The notes below the pieces were generated by a model that was given only the letters and a program-made list of their open reading frames with translations, searched no databases and was not told where the DNA came from. From positions 49,850,001 through 49,914,000 of the forward strand of contig NC_058382.1 of assembly GCF_018350175.1 (NCBI RefSeq): DNA of 64,000 nt, given 5' to 3'. The position numbers were made by a program, and so were the translations under genes. The DNA comes from Felis catus. Lineage: Eukaryota. This document shows, in pieces, positions 1 through 11,698 of the stretch. The first letter of the stretch is position 1; every line of letters starts with the position of its first letter.

Positions 1-99
1 TTTATGAGCCTTCCCCAGTCATTTCTGCTCCTCTCAGTTTTCTGAGCATCGACAGCTTTCTACCTTCTTACAATTTTGAAAAAACCCTTACATCAGGCC

Positions 100-1290
100 C
101 AGCAGAAGCTCCGGCGGGCGTTAAGGAGAGTGAAAACGCATCTGTGTCAGAGATCTCGAACGCGGGAATGGGGAATTCGGCAACAGGTCTCAGAAAGTGA
201 TTCCTCGAAAGAGAAGCTGGCGGAGTGGGTGCGTTTGGACGCAGGTGGGAGCGATCGGCAGACAACCCGGGGGCACCCGGGGCTGGGGCGAAATTACACA
301 CCAGGGCAGCGCGGAGTGCCGACCGCCCCTCATCCCGGCCGGGACGGTTCGGCGTCCGAGCTGCAAGAGCCGCGCGGCCGGCGCGGACCACAGCGGCCAG
401 GCGCCTCGAGCCCCTAACTAGCAGGCGCGACCGCCTCCGGGGCTCTGTCGGGTCCCGGTCTGACCCTGGAGCTTCTGGAAACTACAAACAGCAACATCAC
501 CTCGGGTGGAGGCCGAGCTCCCTCCAGTGACGGGTCCACTCGCGGCCGCTCCCTCCGCTCTAGCCCCCAGAGCAGAGTCGGAATGGTCCGCCAGAGTTGC
601 CGGCGGGGAAGCGACGGAGGAAGAGCTACATCCCCCAGCTCCCCGCCGAGGGAGCGGGAACCCTCCTTCCAGGAGGGATACAGCCCCGACAAAGTGGGAC
701 AGCGGGGCGAAGAGGACACCGCCGCGAGGGAAGGGGCGCCCCCCGGCCGGGCGGCGGCGACGGAGCGCAGAGTGCGCAAGCGCGGGGCGGGGCGGGGCCG
801 GTACCTGGGAAAGAGCAGAGAGAAGTGGAGTTGGGGCACAGGGTCCCGTTGCCCACCCGCGGCACGAGCTTCAGGCTGAGGATCTGCTGTAGGAGCCCGG
901 CCGACCCTCCGCTGCCGCCGCTCCCCTCGTGCTCCATCCCGCCGCCATTCACCGCAGAGAGATGTGGGGGAGCGTCCGAAGTGCTGCCGAGGCTCGCTCG
1001 CTCTCACTCACAGACCAAAGCGCTCTCTGACTCTACCTCCTCAGCGTCACCCTCGGATGGGGCCCTCTTCCTCCCACCTCAACGGCTCAGCCAAGTGATG
1101 GGACCTTCCTCCAATCACAGGACGCTGCAGATGGCAGAGGCGGGGCGAGAATTGTTCCCTCCCCTGACGTTGCGTACGGCTCACCGAAACCTGGCACCCT
1201 CGGGCTACGCCCCCTACTGGGCAAGTGTCTCCTGCTCCAGAGTAGGATGTGCTCTGCTCTGCCCTTCTCTGCAGCGCCACCTATAAGACA
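100..1290. promoter_or_regulatory. CpG island / TMEM170A promoter and start of intron 1
   Basis: High GC and CpG density. GC boxes at 783-798, CCAAT at 1111-1115, CTCF-like CCAGTAGGGGGCG (minus, 1208-1220). Confidence 0.8.
805..937 (-). CDS. TMEM170A: Transmembrane protein 170A, coding exon 1 (rest of gene lies left of the window)
   Basis: ATG at 937 in strong context (gggATGg). Translates MEHEGSGGSGGSAGLLQQILSLKLVPRVGNGTLCPNSTSLCSFP, matching the recalled TMEM170A N-terminus. Donor CAG|GTAC at 805/804; 133 nt (44 codons + 1). Confidence 0.95.
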
Positions 1291-1476
1291 GTAGGGGAAT
1301 TGCATACCCTCCCCAGACCCGGCTCGTAGATTTCAAACGGATCTAGCAATGAGAATCAGATGGTTCAGCAGCCAGGTGAAGGAGGCTGGAAGACATCACC
1401 AATACCTCCAATATTTGGAAGGAAAGTGAATTTTTTGAAAGCTTAACTTTCTTTAAAGTAAAAAGCCTTGCTTGCA

Positions 1477-1680
1477 GGGACGCCTGGGTGGCTCAGTCGG
1501 TTAAGCATCTGACTTCAGCTCAGGTCATGATCCCACAGTTGGGGAAATCCAAGCTCAGCATCTGGCTCTCTGCTGTCAGCACAGAGCCTGCCTGCTTTGG
1601 ATCCTCTGTTCCCCTCTCTCTCTGCCCTTCCCCAGCTTGTTCTTTCTCTCTCTCAACATAAACGTCAACAAATTTTAAAG
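1477..1680 (+). mobile_element. Can-SINE (SINEC_Fc-like)
   Basis: tRNA-like head GGGACGCCTGGGTGGCTCAGTCGGTTAAGC, (CT)n region, A-rich tail. Degenerate TSD aaa-gc-ttgcttgca at 1461-1476 and 1681-1696. Confidence 0.9.
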
Positions 1681-2097
1681 AAATGCATTGCTTGCAAAGT
1701 TCATAGTATTTTACATAATATTAATTCAAGAACATTAGCAAGATTGTTTATTAGAGTTCCCTCTTGAAGATTTTGTTTTGAGAGCTAATGTCCGTTCCTC
1801 AACACTGCAACTGGGATTTTGCATCAACCAAGAAACATCTAAAATGGAAATAGTAAGTATTAAGAAAAGTCATGAAATATTTAATGCTATCTTCTGGTAC
1901 ATTTCTCAGACCATGAGAGTGTGTAAGAAGTGGAAGAAACATTATTTTAGGGTTATATAACAATCAATAGTGTATCACATTAGGAAACATTATTTTGAAT
2001 TTACAAGTCTATCCCCAAATTCTGAATTGAGAGGTTAAAAAAAAATGACATTTACACTTGCAGGACTCAGAAAATGTATGTTCGATGTGCCCTTTCT

Positions 2098-2531
2098 TTT
2101 AAAAAACATTCTTTTAGGGGCACCTGGGTGGCTTAGTCGGTTAAGTGTGGGCTTCGGCTCAGATCATGATCTCAGGGTTCATGAGTTCAAGCCCCACGTC
2201 AGTCTCTGCGCTGACAGCTCAGAGCCTGGAACCTGCTTCAGATTCTCTGTCTCTCTCTTTCTCTGCCCCTCCCCTGCTCACACTCTCTCTCTCTGTCTTT
2301 CAAAAATAAATAAACGTTAAATTTTTAAAAAAATTTTAATGTTTATTTTTGAGACAGAGACAGGGCAAGGCAGGCAGAGGAGCAGAGAGAGAGGGAGCCA
2401 CAGAAACCAAAGCGGGCTCTAGGCTCAGCTGTCAGCACAGAGCCCAATGCAGGGCTCAGCCCCATGAACCGGGGGGATCGTTACCTCCGCCAAAGTCCAG
2501 CGCTTAACCGACTGAGCCACCCAGGCACCCC
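2098..2531. mobile_element. Minus-strand Can-SINE (~2335-2531) with a plus-strand Can-SINE (2117-~2325) inserted in its tail
   Basis: Two SINE bodies tail-to-tail; TSD atgtgccctttct flanks the whole unit (~2085-2097 and 2534-2546). Confidence 0.85.
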
Positions 2532-2949
2532 ATATGTGCCCTTTCTAAGGAAGCTGAGTATGTCCTCTGGCAAAGTTAAGGAGTGATGACCGAGAAAGAG
2601 AAAGATGTGCAAAACAAGAAATCATGGATTTAATCTGGAGGGTTAGACTGACTTCTGTGCCTAAGTCCTAGCAGCCACCTCCCCAGATTAGAAAAGAAAG
2701 AAGAGTGTCCTAGGAAAAATAGTGGAATTGACCTCAAGCTATGGACGAAATGGTTAAGAAGCTCAAATTTTTAATGGCAGGGTGAAGAAAGTTCCTCTTT
2801 CTTCTCTTAGTGGGAAAAAAAACCAAACCTGAAAGGCAATACAAAGTCCAGGAGACACAAGCCTGCAAGAAAATTAGGAAGCAACTAGATTTTTCGCTTG
2901 TTTCCTTTTTAGAACTCTACCAACCATCTCACTTGTTTCACTTACAGAG

Positions 2950-4090
2950 AGATGCAAAACTATAAAACTTGTAGAAGACAATGTCGAATATAGTCATGAC
3001 TTCACAATAGTGAAGGAGCTCTTAAACTAGATAGAAAAATCAAAGATTATAAAGGAAAGGATTGATAAATTTGTTTTAAATTAAGAACTCGTGGGGGCGC
3101 CTGGGTGGCCCAGTCGGTTGGGTGTCTGACTTCAGCTCAGGTCATGATCTCACGGCTCGTGAGTTCGGGCCCGGCATTAGGCTCTGTGCTGACGGCTCGG
3201 ACCCTGGAGCCTGCTTCGGATTCTGTGTATGTCTCTCTCTCTGTGCCCCTACCCTGCTCACACTGTGTATCTCTCTCTCTCTCTCAAAAATAAATAAACA
3301 TTAAAAAAAAAAAAAGAAGAACGTGTTATTCAAGTGTTATCATAAAAACAGCAAAAAGACAAACCACAAACTGGGCAAAGATATTTGCGATATTTTTGTA
3401 AGCAGCAAAGGAGTAGTATCCAGGATCTATAAAGCACTCCTGAAACCCAGGTAAGAAAATGACAAAGGGACAAAAGAACTGAATAGGTACTTCATCAAAG
3501 AGAAAACACAAATTGCCAACAAAAATAGGAAAAGATGCTTAACCTCATTATTTATCAGTGAAACCCAAAATGAAGTCACGATGAGATCATTTATCAACCA
3601 TCCAATAGCCAAAAAATGTGAAGTCTTGAGAATGCCAGTTGTTCGTGACGTCGTAGAGCAACTGAACTCCTGAGCGGTAAATTGACAACCATTTTGCAAT
3701 AATGTCGACTGAAGAGTCTCACCATCCAGCAAGTTCACTCCCAGATAAATAGCCTCTAACATTGGCACCAGGAGGCTCCTACAAGATGGTTCCTAGTAGC
3801 GTGGTAACAGCAAACAGCTGAAAACAAGCTGGACGTCCATCAAGACGAGAATGAGTTAACAAAATTGTGATATAATTTTCAATAAAATACTACTCAGTCA
3901 TTGAAATAAGTTACTTAAAGCTGCAAGCAACAACATGATGAGTCTGTGGAATATAAAGTGAGGGGAAAATCGAAGTTACAGAAGAAGGCCACAGTGTGCT
4001 TGACTTGATCCAGTTGAGAAACTTGCAAGACTAGCCAATACACTAAATAAGGATATTAACATAGGCAGTGCAATGATCTATTATTTAAAA
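2950..4090 (+). mobile_element. Old degenerate L1 (L1M-like ORF2 3' part) interrupted by a Can-SINE at 3093-3315
   Basis: A-rich L1 ORF2-like motifs (aaaagacaaaccacaaactgggcaaagatatttgc; aaaagatgcttaacctcatta); clear SINE head at 3093 and polyA at ~3303-3315. Confidence 0.65.
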
Positions 4091-4159
4091 AATATCTGAC
4101 ATGTTACATACATATATGATATTATATGCACAGTTATTTAAGGAGTACCACAGAGCGAG

Positions 4160-4600
4160 AGTGGCCTTGGACACCCTCCATCTCATTCCAAGGAAAAGCC
4201 AAAGTCCTCACCAAGGCCTACAAAGTCCTACATGATCTGACTCCCTCTCTCTTGCTTTCTCATCTCCTAGCTCTCTTCCTCTGGCCTCCCAGACCAGACC
4301 CACTAGCCTCTTGCTGTTCTCCCAATATGCCAAATGGGTTCCCTCCTTAGGATTTTTGTATTGTCCCTTTCCTCCTCTGGGACATTCTACCTATCGTTAC
4401 CCCTTAATTAACTGCCTCACTTCCTTTAAGACTTTGCTCACATGTCACTTTCTCAACAAGACCTACGCTGATCACCCTACTAAAAATTGCAACTCACCCC
4501 CCCCCCCCCAATGCCCGCACATTCCTAATTCCGGTGATTCTTCCCTACTTTTGCACTGGTTACTGCTCAGTTCATAATGTGTGTTGAACAAACAAATGGA
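4160..4600 (+). mobile_element. L2 3' fragment
   Basis: L2-like aaagtcctcaccaaggcctacaaagtcctacatgatctg and L2-like end gtgttgaacaaacaaatg; recognised from memory. Confidence 0.55.
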
Positions 4601-4834
4601 GGTGTGGCGGACTTGAAGACTCGGATCAGAATGGCACCAGGACTGCAGGGCCAGCCAGGTTCTCCAATCTTACCCCCGAGGGAGAAAGCATGATTGGCAG
4701 AACGACCTGCCGCCCCAGGAAAATCCAAAGTCCACTCTGCAGTGGTTGCTTCAGTCTCTGTGCCGTTGGCCAAACCCTCTCATTTCAGCAGACTCCCACT
4801 CCCTCCTGAGGCTACCAGTGTTTTTTGGTCCATT

Positions 4835-5387
4835 TTTTTTTTCTAAAGACTTAACATTTTTAGAGCAGTTTTAGGTTTATGACAAAATTGAGGGAGACGT
4901 ACAGAGGTTTCCCATATACATCCTGCCCTCACACATTGGTAGCCTCTCCCATTATCAATATCACTCACTAGAGTGGTACATTTGTGACCAAGGATGAACC
5001 TACATGCATACGTCATAATCACCGAAAGTCTATAGTGTACCTTAGAGTTTGCTATTAGTGTTGTACATTCTACAGGTTTAGACAAATATATAATGATATA
5101 TACCCATAGTTATAGTATCATGGAGAGTATTTTCATTGACACTAAACCCTATGCCTCATCCATTCATCCCTCCCTTCCCCATGCCCAACCCCTGGCAGCC
5201 ACTGATATTTTTACTGTCTTCATAGTTCTGCCTTTTCCAGAATGTCATATTAGTTGGAATCATATAGCATGCAACTTCTTCATTGGCTTTTTTCATTTAG
5301 TAATGGGCATTTTGGTTTCCTCTGTGTCTTTTCATGGCTTGATCGCTCATTTCTTTTTATCACTGGATAATATTCCATCGGGTAGGT
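4835..5387 (-). mobile_element. L1MC-like 3' end
   Basis: tttttagagcagttttaggttta...ccagaatgtcatat...ggaatcatatagcat...ctggataatattccat, typical of an antisense L1MC 3' end. Confidence 0.65.
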
Positions 5388-6786
5388 AAAAATGAAAATG
5401 ACTGACTTACCCCTGTACAGGTGACGGGGGGGGCGGGTGGTCAGTAGGAGAGGAAGGTAAGGGCATTCTCAACACCATTCCAGAGACTTTAAGTTAGTAC
5501 TCCATTTTTAAAGTAGTTTGGTAGTTTCACATTTAAGACACAAATGCTTCTTGATCCAATAGTTCGACTTCTAGGAATCTGCACTATAGACACAAAAACT
5601 TGGTCACCTCCTGGGGACTTCTCTAATCTCATGAGCCTGGACCCACGAGTGAGTTTTTAATTTTGTCAAGGAAACTTGATTCCAAGGCGGACGAATCCCT
5701 GTCTTTAATCTGGCTCCTTTTCTTCATTCTATGCTTGATGAGCTCCCATTCTTCCTTCATTTATTCGAATCAGTGTTTCCTCTTCAAAGAGGTCCTCCTG
5801 ACTCCCCATACTAAAGTAGGTCATCCTCTCCCCATTCTTATTATTTCTTCTTAGAGCACAATTGACATTTATGTTTGCAGGTTTATCTGCGGAACTATTT
5901 ACTTTGGGTCTGTACTCCCGACGAGAGCAAGGTCTGTGACTGCTCTGTCCCCTCACTATGTCTCCAGGGTCTGAACTGTCCTGACTCATTGAAACACTCA
6001 ATTGGATACTGCCTGTCCTTGTCCAGAAACCTGATCTGGGTTCACCCCCAGCCTTGCTTAGAACCAGGTACACCGGGCATATATACATTCACCCAGAGGC
6101 TTGCCCAGAGTACACTATATGCATGGAGCCAGGTCTGGGAGCCAGTCATCCCCTTTCTGGGATCTGGGGTGTACATCCAGAATGGATGAATCACAGAGCA
6201 AAGACCATTAAAGGTGGCCATCCATACGGTCTGCGACCGGAGCAAGGGCAAATGAAACTTGTGTGAGGCCACTATCAGGCTGGGCTCTGAGCCATCCCAA
6301 AGCCTTCCTGGGCCCCACAAGGGATCAGTATCTCCCTATTCTTGGCCTCTGGTACCATGAACATCTTGCTCATCCCTCTTTGCCTGAACATACCACATTG
6401 TCCAGGAGCATTCCTAGGCTGACACCTCCACTTGGCACTGTGATCCTTCCAGGCAGGGTCAGCAGGCTACTTTTATCCCCAGTGGCCAGCACAGGGCAGA
6501 GAACAGGGAGGGGCAGGCAGGGAGAAAAGGGGCCAATAGTAGGGGCCCCGATGCCCCAGCCCACTGCCTACCATACTCTTCAACACTCAGGTCCTTGAGA
6601 TGTTTGCAGCCAAGTGCCTGGATGGCTCCCTAACACCTAGAGACCTATGTCATTACCAGGGGAATGATCTGGCTCTCCAGGCTGGTAGTGGGGTCCTTCA
6701 CTGCATCCCAGTTCAGTTTGTTAGAACTGTAAGCATTGAAGTCAGAAATGCGAGTTTGAGCTCTCTCCTATCTATAGAATATCCGA

Positions 6787-6806
6787 TAGGTAGGTAGGTA
6801 GGTAGG

Positions 6807-6845
<39 letters not shown>

Positions 6846-6878
6846 AGAGAGCACGAGCAGGGGAGAGTGGCAGAGGGA

Positions 6879-6923
<45 letters not shown>

Positions 6924-7049
6924 TCTTAAAGAGGTTCCACTCCCAGCACAGAGTCCGATGCAGGGCTTGATCCCAAGACCATGAGATCATGACCTGAAGT
7001 GAAATCAAGAGTCGGATGCACTCAACCAACCGAGCCACCCAGGCGCCCC
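6787..7049 (-). mobile_element. Can-SINE whose tail and CT region expanded into (TAGG)n(TAGA)n and (CA)n microsatellites
   Basis: SINE head (reverse complement) ends at 7049; compound tetranucleotide 6787-6843; (CA)n ~6880-6920. Confidence 0.85.
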
Positions 7050-8238
7050 GAGGTCTGTCCTGTATATTAAGCTATGTGACCTGAGCCTTTCGAAGTTGCA
7101 GAATCCCCATTAACAAATGTGGGGGTTTAAATACCTTCCCCATGTTACTGTGAAGGAGCAGATGGAGGTTTTATGAGGCCTGAAGCTTCTACAGCTTGAC
7201 GGCTCCTTAAGTGAGGGGTCCTGAAGCTTCAGCTTCAAGGTCAATATGTCTCTACTCCCTGCCAGAAAAGACGTGGAAAATGCCAGATTCCCTCTTGCCT
7301 GCCTGCTTTGCAGCAAGGATGGGGGTCCACAGTCAAGGTCCCATCAATCCAAGGCCATACCTGGGCGGAGAAAAAGAAGCTAGCGGCCTCCAGAACCCCT
7401 TCTGGCAAGTGACGGCAACAGTGAGGGCAGCTCCCTTATCTCCAGAGGTGACGGGCACACAAGTTCTGGCAACTGTCAGGCCCACACCAACACTGTGCCC
7501 CACAGTTTGTGTGCACTCAAATCTGCTGCCCTGTTCTTCCCAGAGGGTCTGTGAGCTCCGCCCCGCCCCCCTCCTTTTCCTTTTAAACACTTACTGGGTG
7601 CTTGCTAACTCTCATTTTCATTTGCTAAGCTCAGGACTAAGCCGTCTGGACACCCAGCATCCCTTTAATAAGTCTCTGCAGCCGAAGGCTTGCAGGCAGG
7701 AATGGTATTCTGCTCTCGTCTAGGGCCTGGCCTGGGAGGACCAAGGGAAGACAATCACCCCGCAGGCTTTTCCCGTCCAGTCTCCTGGCCAGATTTATCT
7801 GGTTACAGTCGCCCTGTGACCTGCCCTCCAGGCACTGATTCTGATGCCAACTTCTTGCTTTGCCACATGCTCTGCCTGGCTTGCTGCCCAGGCCTCCCGA
7901 GGCCTCCCACCAGCCTCATCCGGCAGGCTCTTTAGCTGCTGCACTCTGGGCTCGGTTAGCTCATCGCTTCCTGTAGCCCGCAGCTGTGGCCCCAGCCATG
8001 GCTGCTGGGTCTTCCCCAGTGCGAGTAAAACGGGAGAATCTGCCCTTCCTTCGTAAAAGTGACAGGTCTCTGCAAGCCTCATTCACCCCTCCACCTCCCG
8101 CCGTAGCCTCAGAGCGAAACCCTCCTCCTGCCTCCATCCTCCTCATGGTGTCACCTCGGACAAGTCCCTTCAGTTTTGTGTTCTGCCCGTCAAACTTCAC
8201 AGACTGTAAACTCCAGTATCACGCAGATTCATTAATTT

Positions 8239-8244
8239 TTTATT
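8239..8244 (-). terminator. Candidate CHST6 polyadenylation signal AATAAA
   Basis: Plus-strand tttatt = AATAAA on minus, ~600 nt after the CHST6 stop codon. Confidence 0.55.
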
Positions 8245-8844
8245 TCTGTGGGTGGGACCTTTACTGTCAGGGCAGGTGATGGGAGTATGTGGGCTCCAGG
8301 GAGGATGGGGCAGAGAGAGGCTAGAGGGAGACCACAAGATAAGAGGCATCTTGTCTGATTTCTTGCTGAAACAAACAAGCAATATAAATGCCAACAGCTC
8401 TGATAGAGTGTGGTGGTGGGACCTGGGGGCAACAAGTCTGGGGTGTGGGGGGAGGGGCTGGACTTGAGGGGCCAGCTCACCGCAGCGCCCCCTCTACTCC
8501 CAGGTAGGGCCGGGACCCCCTTGTCAGCTGTTGGATGATGCATCCAAAAGGAAAAGAGACTTAGGAAGAAAGCACTCCAGTAGCAGCCGAGTGGTCTGAA
8601 CTTATTCGCGGTGCCCACAGGAAGCGTGGACACAGTTTTGCTTTCCGTGAAGCGTGCACCCGACGCGAACCCAGCTCCTAAGGAGGACTCAAAGGAAAAG
8701 CAAGAAGAAAGAAGCATGGAGTTTTGGGGACTCAATCCATTCCTACTACGGAGGAAGACTCCCCAACTCCGGGCCCCTCCACTAGCAGCCTGGGCGCTGC
8801 GTGACCGGCTCCCTCCCCCGCCGCCACAGCCTGGGGGGCCTGCG

Positions 8845-10032
8845 CTAAGGTCGGGGGTGCGCCGCGGTGGACGACGCCCAGCTGAAGCTGCTAGTGCCAA
8901 GCGGCTGCACCAGGTCCACGGAGAGGTCGCGCTGCTCGGCCTCGGAGGCCACGGCCCGGTAGCCCAGCAGCTGCAGCGCGCCGGCGCACAGCTCTTGCAC
9001 GCGGCGGATCTTGGCGAAGGGCAGCGCGTGGCGCCAGGCCTGGGAGACGTTGAGCGCGTTCCTGGATGAGGTCTTGAAGGCCTCGCGGCGGGCGCCGGGC
9101 CCGGACCCGTGCGTGCTGTTGTGGATCCAGGCCTCGAGCTGCGGCGTGAGGCTCAGGCCCGCGAAGTCGTAGAGCTCGCGGATCTCGGGCAGCGGCGCCC
9201 GCGCCAGATCCTCAAAGCGCACCAGGCGGTAGCGGCCGCGCAGGAAGGGCGGCGGCTTGCGGGTGGCGGCCTCGGCGATGCGCACGTGGCTGCGACACAC
9301 CTCGCGCACCACGCGCAGGCCGGGGTCGGACTCCACCCAGGTGCCATTGGTGCCCAGCACGATGCCGTTGTCGCGCGCCAGCGCCTTGGCCGTCTGCTCG
9401 CGGGAGCGCAGCACGGCCCGCGGGTCCCGCACCAGGTGCACGATGCGCAGGTTGAGCGCGGGGTCGTTGAGCAGCGGGTAGAGCACCTGCAGGTTGAAGA
9501 AGCGCACCTCCTTGAGCACCACGTGGCTGTAGGAGCGGCAGGCCTCCTGCGCCACGCCGAAGGGCCGCCGCCCGCACAGCGGCTTGCACACCGTGTCGCT
9601 GCTGATGGCGCCGCGCGGGAAGGCGGTGCAGGCCGGCGGCGAGCACAGCGCGCGGCTCACCGCGAACTGGAAGAGGTCCGACAGGTTGCGGCGCCACGGC
9701 AGGTAGGCGTCGAACACGTCCATGTCGCACAGGAAGACGGAGCGCACCAGGTCGCGCACGGCCATGTGCAGCGCCGGCGCGCTGCCCTGCGACAGGGTGG
9801 TCCACACGTGCCACGCGGGCTCCATCAGGTAGAAGACGTCGGGGTGCTGGCTGAAGAGCTGGCCCACGAAAGACGAGCCCGAGCGCCACGAGGACAGCAC
9901 CAGCACGTGCACCCGCTCTTTGCCGCCCACCGGGGACGGCGGCCTGGGCCAGGAGACCAGGAAAAGCAGGATGGCGGTCTGCGCCAGCAGGAGCACGGTC
10001 ACGGCCGTGCTGGAGATGCGCGGCAGCCACAT
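8845..10032 (-). CDS. CHST6: Carbohydrate sulfotransferase 6 (corneal GlcNAc-6-O-sulfotransferase, keratan sulfate), single coding exon, 395 aa
   Basis: ATG at 10032 (ggcATGt), 1188 nt. Type II TM segment, 5'-PSB WRSGSSF, 3'-[11 protein letters not shown], four N-glycan sequons (NLS, NGT, NST, NVS), CHST6-type C-terminus [11 protein letters not shown]. Splice acceptor ctcctcccgcag| 16 nt upstream of the ATG (exon starts at 10048). Confidence 0.95.
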   Translation of the reverse strand: MWLPRISSTAVTVLLLAQTAILLFLVSWPRPPSPVGGKERVHVLVLSSWRSGSSFVGQLFSQHPDVFYLMEPAWHVWTTLSQGSAPALHMAVRDLVRSVFLCDMDVFDAYLPWRRNLSDLFQFAVSRALCSPPACTAFPRGAISSDTVCKPLCGRRPFGVAQEACRSYSHVVLKEVRFFNLQVLYPLLNDPALNLRIVHLVRDPRAVLRSREQTAKALARDNGIVLGTNGTWVESDPGLRVVREVCRSHVRIAEAATRKPPPFLRGRYRLVRFEDLARAPLPEIRELYDFAGLSLTPQLEAWIHNSTHGSGPGARREAFKTSSRNALNVSQAWRHALPFAKIRRVQELCAGALQLLGYRAVASEAEQRDLSVDLVQPLGTSSFSWASSTAAHPRP

Positions 10033-10295
10033 GCCGCCGGCCGGGGGCCTGCGGGAGGAGAGTGCAGCCGTTGGGGACCGCGGCCCGCTAGCCGCGCCGC
10101 AGCCCAACTCCCGCCCGGTGCTTGCAGAGAGCGGGCCCCCGGTCTGGACCCCCCGACCTGTGGGGGGCTCCCTGGACTACAGCCGTCTCGTTAGGCGCTC
10201 CCCCAGCAACAGGACTTTAAGACATCAGCCGTGATCTAGACCCTGCAGAGCAAAGGCCAGTTGCAGACTACTGCGGGAAATGTATGTTGGTCCTT

Positions 10296-10441
10296 ACTTC
10301 CTCCCCTCCCCTGCCTTTCTCTCCCTCTCTCTCTGCCTTACTCCTCTTTCTTTCTTCCCTTCTTTCTTCCTTCCCCCTCCCTCCTTCCCTCCCTCCCTCC
10401 TTCTTTCTCTTTCTTTCTCTCTCTCTCTCTCTCTCTCTCTC
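10296..10441. repeat. Polypyrimidine/polypurine low-complexity tract (CCTT/CTTT/(CT)n)
   Basis: ~145 nt almost purely C/T on plus strand, in the intron upstream of the CHST6 coding exon. Confidence 0.85.
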
Positions 10442-11698
10442 GTTTAAAAACAGAATCTCCACCTTTTGCTTAAGAATTCCCTTTGGGGGGACAATTTTAG
10501 GTTATTTAGCTAAACAGCTTGATGAATCATTTGGCTCCCTCCCCAGGTTCAGCCACTCCCTAGCCTGTGATCCCGGACAAAACTCTTAATCTGCCTGTGA
10601 CTCAGTTTACCCATCTGTAAAAAGGGGATTGATACTGGCACTGGAGTAATGGAATGAGCATGGGGGCAGGGCATGTAGCAAATCCCATAACATGCAACTT
10701 GCACTTTCCACACAGTGCGCGGTCTGTGTTGTTTGACTTCTTTTAAACACGCAGCTACAGCTTTTGTTATTAAAAGTAAACAAATAAATGACAGAGACAA
10801 AGAACACCAACTGTTGCCACCTGCAGGGAGTAGAGTGCTGCGGGATGCTGGGACTCCAGAGGGAAGGTACCCATCTGGAGCTGCGTGAATGTGCAGAAGA
10901 AAGCAGTTGAGGGGGAGGTGGGACAGAACCAGGGAAGGAGGAGGTGACAGCAGTCAGGCCCCTGGCCACGGTTTGCCTCCATGCTGAGGTTACTCACGGT
11001 AGTCCAGGGCCGCTGGGAGAGCTGCCCACCTCAATCACAAATCCATGGAAGACGTCCTCGGGTTCTTCAGGGCCTGAGGAAGCAGGAGGGAGGCTGGGTC
11101 AGCGTCTCACCGGAGGAGATAACCCCGCACAGGGGGAGGGTTTTGCCTTCCCTTACTGACCGAAAGGTCCCTGCGGGTGGAACAGAGCTGCCCAGCCCCT
11201 GCCTGGAGCTGGGCACAGACCAGGGGCAGGGTACATTTTTCCAAATGGGTGCGAACGGGTGGTCTCTCCTGCTGGATGGAGAAGGGAGGGCTGGCACTGA
11301 GCCCTCTGGTGCCACTTAGCAGCTAGGAGACCTGGGGCAGATGACTTCTCCACCCAGATGAAACACCCTGAGGTCACCTACATTTGGAATCCCGGCATCT
11401 CCCAAACCCACCTCTACTCCCCAGCCACTCCTGGGTCTGTGGTAGATCTTAAGAATGTCACTCTTGTCCCACACAGTGAAAGGAACCCTGAGCCAAGCTC
11501 GCACAGCTCGAGGTCTCAAAGATGAGCTGCTTTGGAAGGAGGAGCCTGGAAGTCTCCTCCTTGCTTCCACAGTATTTGCGCCCCACTAAGCCACCCCACC
11601 CCCCAGCCATATCACCACCGGGAGAAGCTGGGTCTAAATCGTGAGCTGATCCCACTTATCCAGAGGCTGCAGGAGTGGGTGGAGGACACCCAACGCAC

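Noticed and set aside
68..1305. Many 100-230 aa ORFs in the CpG islands (also 19770-21230 and 48430-49220)
   Set aside because: Low-complexity R/G/P/A peptides expected from stop-poor GC-rich DNA.
1477..1560. tRNA-like A/B boxes
   Set aside because: SINE heads derived from tRNA; no complete cloverleaf tRNA gene identified.
3105..3304. Recurrent MAQSVK...AQVMIS and LCADSSEPGACF ORFs across the window
   Set aside because: Translations of Can-SINE sequence, not genes.
8480..8500. CTCF-like AGGGGGCGCTG in the CHST6 3'UTR
   Set aside because: The 5' half of the core (CCASY) does not match.
10033..10107. 25-aa N-terminal extension in the ORF-track CHST6 call
   Set aside because: Starts at a non-ATG codon and crosses the splice acceptor at 10049/10048, so it is mostly intronic.
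9109..10194. 361-aa plus-strand ORF (and 272-aa alternative minus frame 9212-10030) over CHST6
   Set aside because: Shadow ORFs caused by extreme GC3 in the CHST6 exon; non-ATG starts and no recognisable domain.
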